A DNA stretch of 64,000 nt, taken from positions 65 through 64,064 of the forward strand of contig JAEZDR010000064.1 in the NCBI GenBank assembly GCA_023433265.1, in the 5' to 3' direction. Origin of the DNA: Bacteroidota bacterium (lineage in GTDB: Bacteria > Bacteroidota > Bacteroidia > Chitinophagales > Chitinophagaceae). This document shows positions 35,829-46,725 of this stretch, piece after piece; the first letter of the stretch is position 1; every line of letters starts with the position of its first letter. Under the pieces are notes generated by a model. The model did not search any database. It saw only the letters and a list, made by a program, of their open reading frames with translations, and was not told the origin of the DNA. Both the position numbers and the translations under genes were made by a program.

Positions 35829-37754
35829 TTAGTCGGGCTTCTTTCCATCCAGGAAAGTATTCAACGTTGAAATTTGCCCGTTCTCATTATTTTCATCAGC
35901 CTTCACATGATACTTACTATAAAAGTGTTCGGCAGATGTTAGTGTATTTCCAAACAACTCCATGTTCCTCCTAATGTAGGCAGGGACTGTTTCAAATTCG
36001 TTGTTTGGATCGTTTGCATTGATGTTATAAGAAAGGTTGCGCAGCTTTTGAATTCTTTCCTGTGCTCTTCTTTTCTGCCCGTCTTCATCTTCATCAAACA
36101 CTGCGCTGGAGGAAGATGCAACATTTTGGGAAGCGTCTTCTTTGATTACCATTCCAAAGTCGATTGCTTCTTCTTCATGATCATCTTTGAAGATGTTTAC
36201 AGGCTTAGCCGGTTGTTGATCATCCGTATTATTTCCGAGCGAACTAAGATAGCTGCGCGGATCTACCGGAGGCTGCTGTGCGATAGGAGGAATAAAGGAG
36301 ACTTCAGGCTTTGGCGTAGGAGGCTTTTCGGGCTGCGGGGTTTCCTCCCTTTTTAGTTCGTAAGCAGGTTTATCCTGTGCCGCATAGATATTGTTTGGCC
36401 TTTGCAGGAAAGATTCCATCACAGGTGTGTTGGGCACCTCAGGCTTTTCAACCAATTTCATTTCAGGCATTTCAGGTTCAACAGGTTCTACATTAACAGG
36501 CCCTGTTATTTCAGGAGTTAGTTCGAACATAACCGGAGGGACGTCTTCCTCTCTTGGGACCGGCGTGAAGAACACAGGTGCCTGGTCTAATACCTGGTTA
36601 TGGATATGGATTGATTCCTCTTTCAATGATGGTGCAAAAGGGTCTTTGTCTTCAAAGCTCAATGCCGCCTGCTGCGGCTGCACGGGTGGCGCTTTGGTTT
36701 TATCGTCGTTGTCCATCGAGAGCGTCATAAGAATTTTCTCTTCCTTGGGTTGCTGAACAACAGGCTTTTGCGTTTTTGTGAATGGATCTTTGTGTTCGAA
36801 ACCTGTGGCAATAAGTGTAATACCAATCTTATCGCCAAGGGTATTATCGTAGCCCATACCTACAATAACATCCGTATTTTCACCGGCCTGCATGCGTAGG
36901 TGGTTGTTGATAATTTCAAGTTCGTCCATTGTACATTCTGCGTCGCCCTCTGCACTATTGATATTGATTAGAATCCACTTAGCGCCACGGATATCGTTAT
37001 CGTTAAGTAATGGTGAACTAAGAGCGTCTTCGATGGCGCGCTGAGCACGGTCTTCCCCATTCATTTCGGAGCTACCGAGAATAGCGACTCCGCCATTTTT
37101 CATTACAGTACACACATCGGCAAAGTCGACAATAATGTGCCCGCGGCTGTTGATAATATCAGTGATACATTTGGCCGCAGTGGCAAGTACATTATCGGCC
37201 TTACCGAAAGCTTCCCTCATTTTGAGGTTGCCATATTGCATGCGTAATTTATCGTTGCTAATAACGAGTAGTGTGTCGACGTAAGGTTTTAATTCCCTGA
37301 TACCCTCCTCTGCCTGTTGGTGACGGCGTGGGCCTTCGAATCCAAAAGGCGTTGTAACGATACCTACTGTAAGAATACCGAGATCACGACAAATTTTAGC
37401 CATGATGGGTGCACCACCCGTACCGGTTCCACCGCCCATACCGGCACAGATGAAAGCCATTTTAGTATTTACCTCAAGTATCCGTTTAATTTCTTCTAGC
37501 GACTCTTCAGTTGCCTGCTTACCAATTTCGGGATTAGCACCGGCACCGAGCCCTTGTGTAAGATGGGGCCCAAGTTGAATTTTGTTTGGTACACGCGATT
37601 GCTCGAGCGCTTTAGCATCAGTATTGCAGATGATGAAGTCAACGCTTTCTATGTCCTGGCTGAACATGAAGTTTACTGCATTGCTTCCTCCACCTCCCAC
37701 ACCAAGCACCTTGATGATGGAGGATTTTTGTTTTGGAAGATCGAAATGGATCAT
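35829..37754 (-). CDS. ftsZ: Cell division protein FtsZ (641 aa, long Pro/Glu-rich linker)
   Basis: The motifs are KVLGVGGGGSNAVNFM and GMGGGTGTGGAPI. It is the last gene of the dcw cluster. Confidence 0.95.
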   Translation of the reverse strand: MIHFDLPKQKSSIIKVLGVGGGGSNAVNFMFSQDIESVDFIICNTDAKALEQSRVPNKIQLGPHLTQGLGAGANPEIGKQATEESLEEIKRILEVNTKMAFICAGMGGGTGTGGAPIMAKICRDLGILTVGIVTTPFGFEGPRRHQQAEEGIRELKPYVDTLLVISNDKLRMQYGNLKMREAFGKADNVLATAAKCITDIINSRGHIIVDFADVCTVMKNGGVAILGSSEMNGEDRAQRAIEDALSSPLLNDNDIRGAKWILININSAEGDAECTMDELEIINNHLRMQAGENTDVIVGMGYDNTLGDKIGITLIATGFEHKDPFTKTQKPVVQQPKEEKILMTLSMDNDDKTKAPPVQPQQAALSFEDKDPFAPSLKEESIHIHNQVLDQAPVFFTPVPREEDVPPVMFELTPEITGPVNVEPVEPEMPEMKLVEKPEVPNTPVMESFLQRPNNIYAAQDKPAYELKREETPQPEKPPTPKPEVSFIPPIAQQPPVDPRSYLSSLGNNTDDQQPAKPVNIFKDDHEEEAIDFGMVIKEDASQNVASSSSAVFDEDEDGQKRRAQERIQKLRNLSYNINANDPNNEFETVPAYIRRNMELFGNTLTSAEHFYSKYHVKADENNENGQISTLNTFLDGKKPD

Positions 37755-37810
37755 AGTTGATGTATTTAGTTGGGTTAGTAAGCTGTTTGGATTTTTAAGA
37801 GTTTATTGGT

Positions 37811-39190
37811 TTAGCGCATTTCCCTATCTGTTTCCTCATTAAAAAGATCAATGATGCTGTCTTTGAACTTTTCCCAGAAACGGTTTAGCCCTTTACGCTT
37901 CTTCATATCAATCATATCTCCCGTTTCTTCCGCCTTTGCAAGCGCTTCGATAGCTTCCTCTTTCCTGAGTGTTGGCGGCACCTCTAGTTTAATATGCTTT
38001 GTAGCAAACTCTTTAGTATTGTTTTCATAGTCGCTGAAACCTTTAAGAATAAGTCCGATACAGGTTGAGTACATCGGCTTCTTAAGTTCATCCACATGAT
38101 TAGCTGCGAGATGCTCATTGGGAAACCCTATTCTTGCATTGAGCCCGGTGACATACTCTGTAAGTTGGATGAGATGCTTTAACTGGGAACCGCCACCTGT
38201 GAGTATTATTCCTCCATTCATTGTACGGCTGTCCATACCTACCTGCTTAAGATGATAGGTAACAAAGTCTAGTATTTCACTCATCCTTGCCTGGATGATG
38301 TTAGCGAGATTCTTTACGCTGATCTCTTTTGGCGGCATGCCTTTGATGCCGGGTATTGTTATAAACGCGTTGCTCTTTGCTTCGTCTGACAATGCGCTAC
38401 CAAACTGAACCTTCATAGCCTCAGCCTGTGTAGTCAATACGCCCAGCCCTCTTTTGATATCAATTGTTATGTTCTCGCCACCAAATGGAATAACGGCCGT
38501 ATGTTTTAATATGCCATCGTAGAATACAGCGAGGTCCGAAGTACCACCGCCGATATCAAGTATAGCCACTCCAGCTTCAAGATCTACATCGCTCATCACG
38601 GCAGAAGCGGAAGCCAAGGGTTGCAAAACAAGATCTTTAGTTTTCAGGTTACTTCTTTCCACGGCGCGATTGATATTCCTTATCGCATTCTTATCGCCGG
38701 TGATGATGTGGAAGTTTGCCCCGACCTTAACGCCATTGTAGCCGATGGGGTCTTTTACATTTTGAAGATTGTCCACATGGAAATCCTGCGGAATCACGTC
38801 GATGATCTGGTCGCCTGCAGGAATGAAAGTTTTCTTTTGGTTTTCGATCAACTGGTTGATTTCCGATGCCTGGATTTCCACATCGGAGTTTTGGCGCACG
38901 ATATCGCCCCTTGTTTGCAAACTCTTGATGTGGTGGCCGGCAACCCCCACATAAACCTCGTTGATTTCGAGGTCGGGATTGCTTTTGTAACAATTGTCTA
39001 AAGCATTTTGGATGGCTTTAATCGTCTGGTCGATGTTTAGCACCTGTCCATGTTGTACTCCATGGCTGTTAGCGCGTCCAAAACCGAGGATTTCTAATTT
39101 GCCATACTCATTTTTTCGTCCGGCAATGGCTGCAATTTTTGTTGTTCCAATGTCGAGACCTACAATGATTGGTGATTCATTCTGGCTCAT
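37811..39190 (-). CDS. ftsA: Cell division protein FtsA
   Basis: It has an actin-like ATPase pattern (VGLDIGTTKIAAI, ILDIGGGTSDLAV, GGIILTGGGSQL) and sits between ftsQ and ftsZ. Confidence 0.93.
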   Translation of the reverse strand: MSQNESPIIVGLDIGTTKIAAIAGRKNEYGKLEILGFGRANSHGVQHGQVLNIDQTIKAIQNALDNCYKSNPDLEINEVYVGVAGHHIKSLQTRGDIVRQNSDVEIQASEINQLIENQKKTFIPAGDQIIDVIPQDFHVDNLQNVKDPIGYNGVKVGANFHIITGDKNAIRNINRAVERSNLKTKDLVLQPLASASAVMSDVDLEAGVAILDIGGGTSDLAVFYDGILKHTAVIPFGGENITIDIKRGLGVLTTQAEAMKVQFGSALSDEAKSNAFITIPGIKGMPPKEISVKNLANIIQARMSEILDFVTYHLKQVGMDSRTMNGGIILTGGGSQLKHLIQLTEYVTGLNARIGFPNEHLAANHVDELKKPMYSTCIGLILKGFSDYENNTKEFATKHIKLEVPPTLRKEEAIEALAKAEETGDMIDMKKRKGLNRFWEKFKDSIIDLFNEETDREMR

Positions 39191-39250
39191 ATATCTGTTT
39201 TTAGTTGTTAGAACTGTTTTTTCTATTGTTTTGTTTGTCTATACGTTGTA

Positions 39251-40192
39251 CTAAAGCCTTGATGTCTTTGTTTTTTCCAATGATGCAGGCCTGGTTTTCA
39301 TAACTGCCTTTGGCTTTGATGAAGGAGTAGCCTTCATCAAAGCAGGTGTTTTTACCTGGGCAATCCGGTACGGCACTAACACTGTATCAGCTACGGCGGT
39401 ATTTATCGAGTCATTCAGGATCGCCGGCATGCCTCCATTTGAAGCAACTACCTGGCCCTGGAACTGTACATTTATTTTGCGATACCGATCGAAGCCTTCC
39501 CGTGCCAATACCTGCCTGTAAAAAACCAGCATAGCATTTAGTTTACGCTCGATTTCTTCTGATGTTCCGATTTGAATTGTATGATTACCGATCACCGGAA
39601 CTATTTCGAATGTCCTGTTTGAAAGCACTTCCACCTGGGCCACCTGTGCATTCCAAAAAGAGTCTTTAACGATAAAGGCGGCAAGCTTCTTAACGTCGTT
39701 TAAAACCAAGCTGTCGGCCTTTGAAAGAAAAATACGGTCTGAAGGGAAAGATGTGAAATAAGGCACCCTTGCGCTTAGCTTATCGCTCAATGGCAAGCGC
39801 CGTGCCCCGCTATCGATGTAGAAAGAAGTGCCCTGCACTGTGAATATCCGGGCGATTGGCGTACGTTCCGTGACCCTGACCTGCAATACATGGTTGTTAT
39901 CGAAAAAGAGATTGGCTTTTGCTATCCATGGATTCTCTTCGAGTTGCTGTTCGAGTTTACGAAGCGAAATGCTGCCGGTAGAGCGGTTCAGCACATTACG
40001 TTCCGCGCCAAGCACTGTACGAATGTCTTTCTCATCGAGAAACATGCGGTCTTCCTCTGCATCGAGTTGTACGTTTACGTCAGAACAAAGCGTTGCATTC
40101 TTCGCCTGCATAGATACCACCATCAGGTACAAGGTTGTTGCCCCAAGGAGACACCACAAAGTGGCAATTATCTTATGCTTCCAATTCTTCAC
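39251..40192 (-). CDS. ftsQ: Cell division protein FtsQ
   Basis: It is a single-pass membrane protein (IIATLWCLLGATTLYLMVV) with a POTRA-like region, located between murC and ftsA. The ORF extends to 40288, but the GTG at 40192-40190 overlaps the murC stop (GTGA), which favours the shorter start. Confidence 0.7.
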   Translation of the reverse strand: MKNWKHKIIATLWCLLGATTLYLMVVSMQAKNATLCSDVNVQLDAEEDRMFLDEKDIRTVLGAERNVLNRSTGSISLRKLEQQLEENPWIAKANLFFDNNHVLQVRVTERTPIARIFTVQGTSFYIDSGARRLPLSDKLSARVPYFTSFPSDRIFLSKADSLVLNDVKKLAAFIVKDSFWNAQVAQVEVLSNRTFEIVPVIGNHTIQIGTSEEIERKLNAMLVFYRQVLAREGFDRYRKINVQFQGQVVASNGGMPAILNDSINTAVADTVLVPYRIAQVKTPALMKATPSSKPKAVMKTRPASLEKTKTSRL

Positions 40193-41559
40193 TTTGCTTT
40201 TAGTATTGTTTTTGCTTCCTGCACTATTGCGTCGATATCGCCTGCACCTGCCATTACTAACAAGCCGGGCTTCCGGGTTTTTACCCACTGCAGCAATTCA
40301 CCCTTCTCCATCACCCTGGCTTTTCCCGGAGGCATTTTTTGCTGTAATAACTGGCTGTTTACGCCTTCGATCGGGAGTTCTCTCGCCGGATAAATTGGTA
40401 ACAGTATCACTTCATCAGCCATGCTTAGCGTCCCGGCAAATCCATCGGCCTGGTCCAATGTGCGGGTGTATAAGTGTGGCTGAAACACAAGCGAAAAAGG
40501 CTCGTTACCGTAAATGCTTCTAATCCCGGAGATTAAAGCTTTCAGTTCTTCAGGATGATGTGCATAGTCGTCTATGAGTATCGTCCCTGTTTCGTTGCCG
40601 GGCTGAAGAATATATTCAAACCTGCGCCGTACACCTTTAAATTCTTTTATAGCAGCTTTGATTTTTTCGTCCGGGATGTTCAACTGCTTTGCTACTATTA
40701 TTGCTGCTATGCTATTCTCAACATTATGAAGGCCCCCCATTGAAAGTTCAAGCGTACCGATATTCCAGTTCCTACCCTGGATATTGTAATGATAGGTACC
40801 TTCCACGACCCTTAGATCTGTGGTATAAACATCAGCGTTTGTATCGTTGAGATGGTATGTTATGCAGCCCTTCGCCTTCAGGCCTTCCTGTCGGGGGAGG
40901 TTATGTTTTACAATCAATCGCCCCCCGTCCTTTATCACATCGGCAAATTGGAGAAATGCCTCCTCAAAAGCCGCCTGGGTTTTATAGATGTCGAGGTGAT
41001 CGGGATCCATTGCTGTTATCACCGCCAAATTGGGATGAAGCTTCAAGAATGACCGGTCGTATTCATCAGCTTCCACGACCACCACATTATTTGTATCGCT
41101 CCAAAAGTTAGTGCCGTAGTTGGCAGAAATACCACCAAGAAAAGCATTGCATCCAAAGCCGCTGTGCCTTAACAAATGCGCAATCATGGTGGTTGTGGTT
41201 GTTTTACCATGCGTACCCGCAACGCAAATATTAAAGCTGTTGGCCGTGACCCATTGAAGGAGGTCGCTGCGCTTTATTACATTGTACCCGTTTTCGCGAT
41301 ACCAAACAAGTTCTTTATGATCGGCGGGAACAGCGGGTGTATATACTACCACTTGTGCCTCTTTCGCAAGCTCATTGATATTTTCATCATAATGCACTAC
41401 TATGCCTGACTGTTCAAGCTCAATAGTGAGCGCGGTACGTGTGCGATCATAGCCACTGACAAGCGCTCCCTGTGTATGGAAATACCTTGCAAGCGCGCTC
41501 ATGCCTATGCCGCCAATGCCAATAAAGTAGATGTTCGATATGTTATTAAGCTCTTTCAC
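40189..41559 (-). CDS. murC: UDP-N-acetylmuramate--L-alanine ligase
   Basis: The motifs are IYFIGIGGIGMSALA and VAGTHGKTTTT. The call also rests on its position in the dcw cluster. Confidence 0.9.
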   Translation of the reverse strand: MKELNNISNIYFIGIGGIGMSALARYFHTQGALVSGYDRTRTALTIELEQSGIVVHYDENINELAKEAQVVVYTPAVPADHKELVWYRENGYNVIKRSDLLQWVTANSFNICVAGTHGKTTTTTMIAHLLRHSGFGCNAFLGGISANYGTNFWSDTNNVVVVEADEYDRSFLKLHPNLAVITAMDPDHLDIYKTQAAFEEAFLQFADVIKDGGRLIVKHNLPRQEGLKAKGCITYHLNDTNADVYTTDLRVVEGTYHYNIQGRNWNIGTLELSMGGLHNVENSIAAIIVAKQLNIPDEKIKAAIKEFKGVRRRFEYILQPGNETGTILIDDYAHHPEELKALISGIRSIYGNEPFSLVFQPHLYTRTLDQADGFAGTLSMADEVILLPIYPARELPIEGVNSQLLQQKMPPGKARVMEKGELLQWVKTRKPGLLVMAGAGDIDAIVQEAKTILKAK

Positions 41560-42685
41560 TTATTGCATTTACTATTTCTTCGGCGATTAGTTTGTCTGCG
41601 TTCCTTATAGCAAGGGTGGAAATATTTTGTTTAAATGTTTGTTGAAGCTCTTCGTTCTTAGCAAGGTCTATTATCATTGATACGAGCTTATTTTCCACGT
41701 CTCCATCCTGAATCATCCAGGCGGCATTCCGGTCTACTAAAAACCTGGCGTTAGCTGTTTGATGATCCTCTGCGGCATGTGGGTACGGAACGAAAATGGC
41801 GGGTTTTCCTGAAACCATTATTTCGGTGACAGCCATTGCACCGCTTCTTGAAACCACTACATCTGCGGCTGCGTAAGCCTTATCCATATCAGCAATAAAT
41901 TCGCCGATCCAAATTGATTGGCGCAGTTCACCGCCTGCTTTACTAAACTGAGGTTGCTTACCCGTTTGCCAAATGAGTTGCAAGTCATGGTTTTCAAAAT
42001 CGGCCAGCTTCTTACTGATTGCGCTGTTGATACTTCTTGCACCCAGGCTGCCTCCTATAATTAAAACCGTTTTACGGCTTGCATTTAGTCCAAAGAAAGA
42101 ACGGGCTTCAGCCCTGCTAGTGTTGTTTTCTGCAATACCGGCACGAACCGGATTTCCAGAAACAACAATTTTATTTGCGGGAAAGAATCTTTCCATACCT
42201 ACGGCCGCAACAAACACTTTTACAGCCCTTCTTGCTAAAATGATATTACTCTTACCTCCGAAAGAGTTAGACTCATGAATGAAAGTTGGAATGCCCTGGA
42301 TTTGCGCATACCGTAATACCGGAAAGCTTGAGTATCCACCAACGCCAATAACGGCGTGAGGTTTAAATGTTTTGAAAATATTGCGAACCTGGAAAAAGCT
42401 TTTGATCAACTTAAATGGCAAGGCTAGGTTTTTGATTAAAGAGGACCTGTTGAAGCCTGCTATTGTTAACCCCTTTATAGCATAACCTGCCTGAGGTACC
42501 TTTTCCATTTCCATTTTGCCCCTTGCACCCACGAATAAGAACTCGGTGCCGGGACGCTGAGCTTTGATGGCATTAGCAATAGCTATTGCCGGGAAAATAT
42601 GGCCGCCGGTGCCGCCACCTGCCATTACCACACGCAGTTGGGCAGGAGATGATTGGGGTGATATGTTTTGAACCCGATCAGGCAT
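41546..42685 (-). CDS. murG: UDP-N-acetylglucosamine--N-acetylmuramyl-(pentapeptide) pyrophosphoryl-undecaprenol GlcNAc transferase
   Basis: It has the MAGGGTGGHIFPAIAIA motif. I prefer the start at the ATG at 42685 (MPDRVQN), which overlaps the ftsW stop by 8 nt. The ORF extends to 42712. Confidence 0.88.
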   Translation of the reverse strand: MPDRVQNISPQSSPAQLRVVMAGGGTGGHIFPAIAIANAIKAQRPGTEFLFVGARGKMEMEKVPQAGYAIKGLTIAGFNRSSLIKNLALPFKLIKSFFQVRNIFKTFKPHAVIGVGGYSSFPVLRYAQIQGIPTFIHESNSFGGKSNIILARRAVKVFVAAVGMERFFPANKIVVSGNPVRAGIAENNTSRAEARSFFGLNASRKTVLIIGGSLGARSINSAISKKLADFENHDLQLIWQTGKQPQFSKAGGELRQSIWIGEFIADMDKAYAAADVVVSRSGAMAVTEIMVSGKPAIFVPYPHAAEDHQTANARFLVDRNAAWMIQDGDVENKLVSMIIDLAKNEELQQTFKQNISTLAIRNADKLIAEEIVNAISERA

Positions 42686-43991
42686 TGGCGATAGCTTGTT
42701 TTTTTGGTTCAAGTGATGTTACTGCGAGCGGTTGTGTTGGCACCTGTGGCGCCTCCATTTGTTCCACGTTTCTTGCAACACTTAGTATAATTCCAATAGC
42801 CGCACAGGTAAACAGAAACGAGCTGCCCCCCATGCTTACGAGTGGGAGGGTGACCCCGGTAACCGGTACTAAATTGACGTTAACTGCCATGTTGGCCACT
42901 GCCTGAATTACGAGCGTAAAGCTGAGGCCCAATGCCAGAAAGGCACCAAAAGCATAAGGGCATCGTTTAAATATATTGATGCACCTAAACAGGAAGACCA
43001 GGTATATAAAAATGATAAAGGCTCCCCCTATTAACCCATATTCCTCTATTATTATCGAATAAATAAAGTCGTTGTAAGCTTGCGGCAGATAATTGCGTTG
43101 TTCGCTATTGCCGGGGCCTTTTCCGAAAAGGATGCCACCATTTGAAATCGCAATTTTTGCCTGCTGAACCTGGTAGGGTTCCTGGGCAGCATCTGCATAC
43201 ATAAAGTCCTGCACCCTGTTTATCCAGGTACCCACGCGGCCGGTGGATGCTAAGGCCGTTACAAGCGGAGAGGCAGATTTTTCTTTTCCCTCCGGAGTAT
43301 ATGAAGCCATCGCGAGTGAGACAATTATTGCAACTGGAATTAGAGCAACCAACAGCACAAGGAGGATATGTTTGCCGCTGACCCGACCGATGAACAACAA
43401 TAAAAGCGCTGTTGCCCCGGTGAGCAATGCATTCGAAAGGTTGGCGGGCATAATGAGCGCGCAGGTAACGATTACGGGAACGATAACCGGTAAGAATCCC
43501 GACCTGAAATTCTTAATTGTCTCCTGTCGCTTGCTAAGCTGTCTCGACAGGTACATAAAGAGCGCCACTTTAGCCAAGTCGCTGGTTTGAATGGTCATGT
43601 TTATGATGGGCAGCTTTATCCACCGGCTTCCCTCATTAATGGTAGCTCCAAAAAACAGGGTATATAGTAAGAGCGGTATGGATAGTATGAACAGTATCTT
43701 TGCCACCTTTGCATATATTGTATAATTGACCCGGTGCATGAAATAGATGACCACAAGGCCGAGAATAATAAATGACAATTGTTTAAACAGGTAGACCTCG
43801 GTATTGCCTTTGTAAATTTTATAAGCCAGTGAACCTGTTGCACTATACACTACCAGCAGCGAGGTAACGGCCAGCAACACCACTATACCCCAGATGTAGT
43901 GGTCGCCTTTGGTTTTTTCCAAAAGACTACCACCGACCTTTTTGAAAGATGGAGCCTGAATGTTGACCTTATCTCTTACCTCAGCTATCAT
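42678..43991 (-). CDS. ftsW: Peptidoglycan glycosyltransferase FtsW (SEDS family)
   Basis: It is a polytopic SEDS-like protein located between murD and murG. Confidence 0.88.
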   Translation of the reverse strand: MIAEVRDKVNIQAPSFKKVGGSLLEKTKGDHYIWGIVVLLAVTSLLVVYSATGSLAYKIYKGNTEVYLFKQLSFIILGLVVIYFMHRVNYTIYAKVAKILFILSIPLLLYTLFFGATINEGSRWIKLPIINMTIQTSDLAKVALFMYLSRQLSKRQETIKNFRSGFLPVIVPVIVTCALIMPANLSNALLTGATALLLLFIGRVSGKHILLVLLVALIPVAIIVSLAMASYTPEGKEKSASPLVTALASTGRVGTWINRVQDFMYADAAQEPYQVQQAKIAISNGGILFGKGPGNSEQRNYLPQAYNDFIYSIIIEEYGLIGGAFIIFIYLVFLFRCINIFKRCPYAFGAFLALGLSFTLVIQAVANMAVNVNLVPVTGVTLPLVSMGGSSFLFTCAAIGIILSVARNVEQMEAPQVPTQPLAVTSLEPKKQAIANA

Positions 43992-45383
43992 TTATAATTC
44001 CTTAACTGCTTTTTTAAATTGTTGACCCCTGTCTTCATAATTTTTGAAGAGGTCGAAACTGGCGCAGGCGGGGCTTAACAGCACCACATCGCCTTTTGTT
44101 GCCAATGAAAACGCCTCCTGTACTGCTGCTGCAGCAGATTGCGTATCAACAATGATGGTTGTTATTCCATCGAAAGCCTTGTGAATTTTTTCGTTATCCA
44201 AACCCATACAGACTATCGCTTTCACCTTGTCTTTCACCAGGTCTTCAATCAGTGAATAATCATTACCCTTATCAGTACCCCCCATGATTAAAATAGTAGG
44301 CTTTCTCATGCTTTCAAGCGCATACCATGTGCTGTTAACATTTGTGGCCTTGCTATCGTTTATGAATTCTACCCCCCTTACCGTAGAGACATATTCCATG
44401 CGATGCTCGAGGCTCTCGAAAGTGGCGACTGCTTCACGAATCTTCTCCTTGCGTATGCCGATAGTTGCGGCTGCTACTCCTGCTGCCATGGTGTTATATT
44501 GGTTATGCTTTCCTTTGAGTGCGAAGTCGTATATGCTCATGCTTACACGTTCGCTTTCTGTTTTAACATGCATCTTGTCGCCTTTAATGAATGCACCTTT
44601 TGCCGGTTCATTTTTCATGGTAATGGGTAATGGGTTAGTGGTAAGCGTTATATGGTTAAGGTGGTTCATGATTACTTCATCGTCTTCGCAGTAAATGAAA
44701 TAGTCATATTGATCCTGGTTTTGAATAATCCTGAACTTGCTATTTATGTAGTTTTCGAATTTATAATCGTAGCGGTCGAGGTGGTCTTCCGTGATGTTTA
44801 GCAGCACAGACACGTCCGGTTTGAAATGAACGATGTCGTCGAGTTGGAATGAGCTGATTTCGACAACATATACTTCTTTCGGATCTTCAGCTACCTGCCG
44901 GGCGAAGGAATAACCAATGTTGCCTACTAATGCACAACTGAGACCTGCATGCTTGCAAATGTGATAGATTAATGCAGTAGTAGTGCTCTTGCCATTGCTG
45001 CCGGTAATGGCAATGATTTTACTGTTGCCTTTGAAGCGATAAGCAAACTCTATCTCGCTGATTATTTCAACCTTTTTTTCCCGTAATCTTTTTATAAGCT
45101 CATTCTTTTCCGGGATACCAGGGCTCTTAACAATTAAATCAGCGTTAAGTATTCGTTCGGTAGTATGTTTACCTTCTTCGAAAGGTATACCAGCATCCTG
45201 CAGTTGCTGGCGATAAACTTCCTTCAGATTTCCTGCATCGCTAAGGAAAACATTATAGCCCATCGCCTTAGCAAGAATAGCTGCGCCTACACCACTCTCG
45301 CCACCGCCCAACACTACCAACACTGAAACTGCTTTAGCTTCCTGCGCGTCGGGATGATATGATATGAAAGGTGTAGTCTGCAC
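43992..45383 (-). CDS. murD: UDP-N-acetylmuramoylalanine--D-glutamate ligase
   Basis: It has the Mur ligase P-loop ITGSNGKSTT. The call also rests on its dcw position. Confidence 0.9.
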   Translation of the reverse strand: MQTTPFISYHPDAQEAKAVSVLVVLGGGESGVGAAILAKAMGYNVFLSDAGNLKEVYRQQLQDAGIPFEEGKHTTERILNADLIVKSPGIPEKNELIKRLREKKVEIISEIEFAYRFKGNSKIIAITGSNGKSTTTALIYHICKHAGLSCALVGNIGYSFARQVAEDPKEVYVVEISSFQLDDIVHFKPDVSVLLNITEDHLDRYDYKFENYINSKFRIIQNQDQYDYFIYCEDDEVIMNHLNHITLTTNPLPITMKNEPAKGAFIKGDKMHVKTESERVSMSIYDFALKGKHNQYNTMAAGVAAATIGIRKEKIREAVATFESLEHRMEYVSTVRGVEFINDSKATNVNSTWYALESMRKPTILIMGGTDKGNDYSLIEDLVKDKVKAIVCMGLDNEKIHKAFDGITTIIVDTQSAAAAVQEAFSLATKGDVVLLSPACASFDLFKNYEDRGQQFKKAVKEL

Positions 45384-45384
45384 T

Positions 45385-46704
45385 CTACCTGATCTTTAGG
45401 GTTACAATTGAAAAAACAACTAAAAGCACGGTAATAATCCAGAATCTTACAGCGATTTTACTCTCGTGATATCCTAACATTTGATAATGGTGATGCAGAG
45501 GGCTCATTAGAAAAACACGGCGCCCTTCGCCAAATTTCCTTTTGGTATACTTAAAATAGGATACCTGGATGATGACGCTAAGGTTTTCGATTAAGAAAAT
45601 GCCGCAGAATATCGGAATTAATAATTCTTTACGTACGATGATGGCTAGCGATGCAATGATACCTCCGAGGGCGAGGCTACCCGTGTCGCCCATAAATACC
45701 TGTGCAGGGAAAGCATTGTACCAGAGGAAGCCAATACAAGCCCCAACAAATGAAGCTATAAAAATGGCAAGCTCGCCCAGGTTAGGGATGTACATTATAT
45801 TCAGGTAATCGGCGAGAACTGTATGGCCGCTTGCATAGGTGAAAACCCCGAGACCTGCACCTATTACAGCACTTACACCCGCTGCGAGGCCATCGAGGCC
45901 GTCGGTTATGTTTGCGCCGTTTGATACCGCTGTTACGATGAAGATGACAATTAAAATATAAATAATCCACGTATAGCGTTCGGCACCCTCACCCATCCAA
46001 CTAATAAGCTTGCTGTAATTAAACTCATGATCTTTTACGAATGGGATGGTGGTGATAGGAGTTTTGACTGTAACAAACCGGCGCTTTTCGCCATCGATTT
46101 CGCGTGTAATAAGTTTTACGGTTTGTTCGCCTTCCACCGGATTTACCTCATGATGGGTAACCATACCTGCCGGGCTAATTACTTCCCGTTCTACTACTAC
46201 GTTATCGTTGAAATAGAGTGTTGCACCTATAATAATACCCAGTCCTACCTGGCCAATAATCTTGGAGATACCCGCGAGGCCATCGCTGTCCTTCTTTGCA
46301 TACTTAACGCCTTTGAGCTGGGCTTTTTTCTTTGCACGTATTTTAAAGTAATCGTCCAGAAAACCAATAATACCGAGCCATACCGTTGAAAGAAGCATCA
46401 GCCTGATGTACACTTTATTTAGGTCGGCAAAAAGCAAAGTCGGAATCAGTATAGCCATCAGAATGATAAGCCCGCCCATTGTTGGGGTGCCCTTCTTTTG
46501 TTGTTCACCCTGCAAACCGAGTTCCCTGACACTTTCTCCAATCTGTTTTTTCTGCAACAGCCGAATAATTGTTTTACCATATACTGTAGCAATAAATAAC
46601 GAGAGCAAGATGGCCATGGAAGCACGGAACGTAATGAACTGGAACAATCCAGCACCGGTGAGTCCGAACTCCTGCTTTAGCCAGTTAAATAAATGATACA
46701 GCAT
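45385..46704 (-). CDS. mraY: Phospho-N-acetylmuramoyl-pentapeptide transferase
   Basis: It is a polytopic protein with [13 protein letters not shown] and [12 protein letters not shown] motifs. It carries a soluble insertion of roughly 80 aa. Confidence 0.92.
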   Translation of the reverse strand: MLYHLFNWLKQEFGLTGAGLFQFITFRASMAILLSLFIATVYGKTIIRLLQKKQIGESVRELGLQGEQQKKGTPTMGGLIILMAILIPTLLFADLNKVYIRLMLLSTVWLGIIGFLDDYFKIRAKKKAQLKGVKYAKKDSDGLAGISKIIGQVGLGIIIGATLYFNDNVVVEREVISPAGMVTHHEVNPVEGEQTVKLITREIDGEKRRFVTVKTPITTIPFVKDHEFNYSKLISWMGEGAERYTWIIYILIVIFIVTAVSNGANITDGLDGLAAGVSAVIGAGLGVFTYASGHTVLADYLNIMYIPNLGELAIFIASFVGACIGFLWYNAFPAQVFMGDTGSLALGGIIASLAIIVRKELLIPIFCGIFLIENLSVIIQVSYFKYTKRKFGEGRRVFLMSPLHHHYQMLGYHESKIAVRFWIITVLLVVFSIVTLKIR

Positions 46705-46725
46705 ATTAAAAAGTTTGCCCGTTTA

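Noticed and set aside
39828-40523. Plus-strand ORFs 39828..40523 and 39890..40393 (231 and 167 aa)
   Set aside because: They are antisense to ftsQ and murC within a tightly packed operon. Their products are Ser/Arg/Leu-rich with no motifs.
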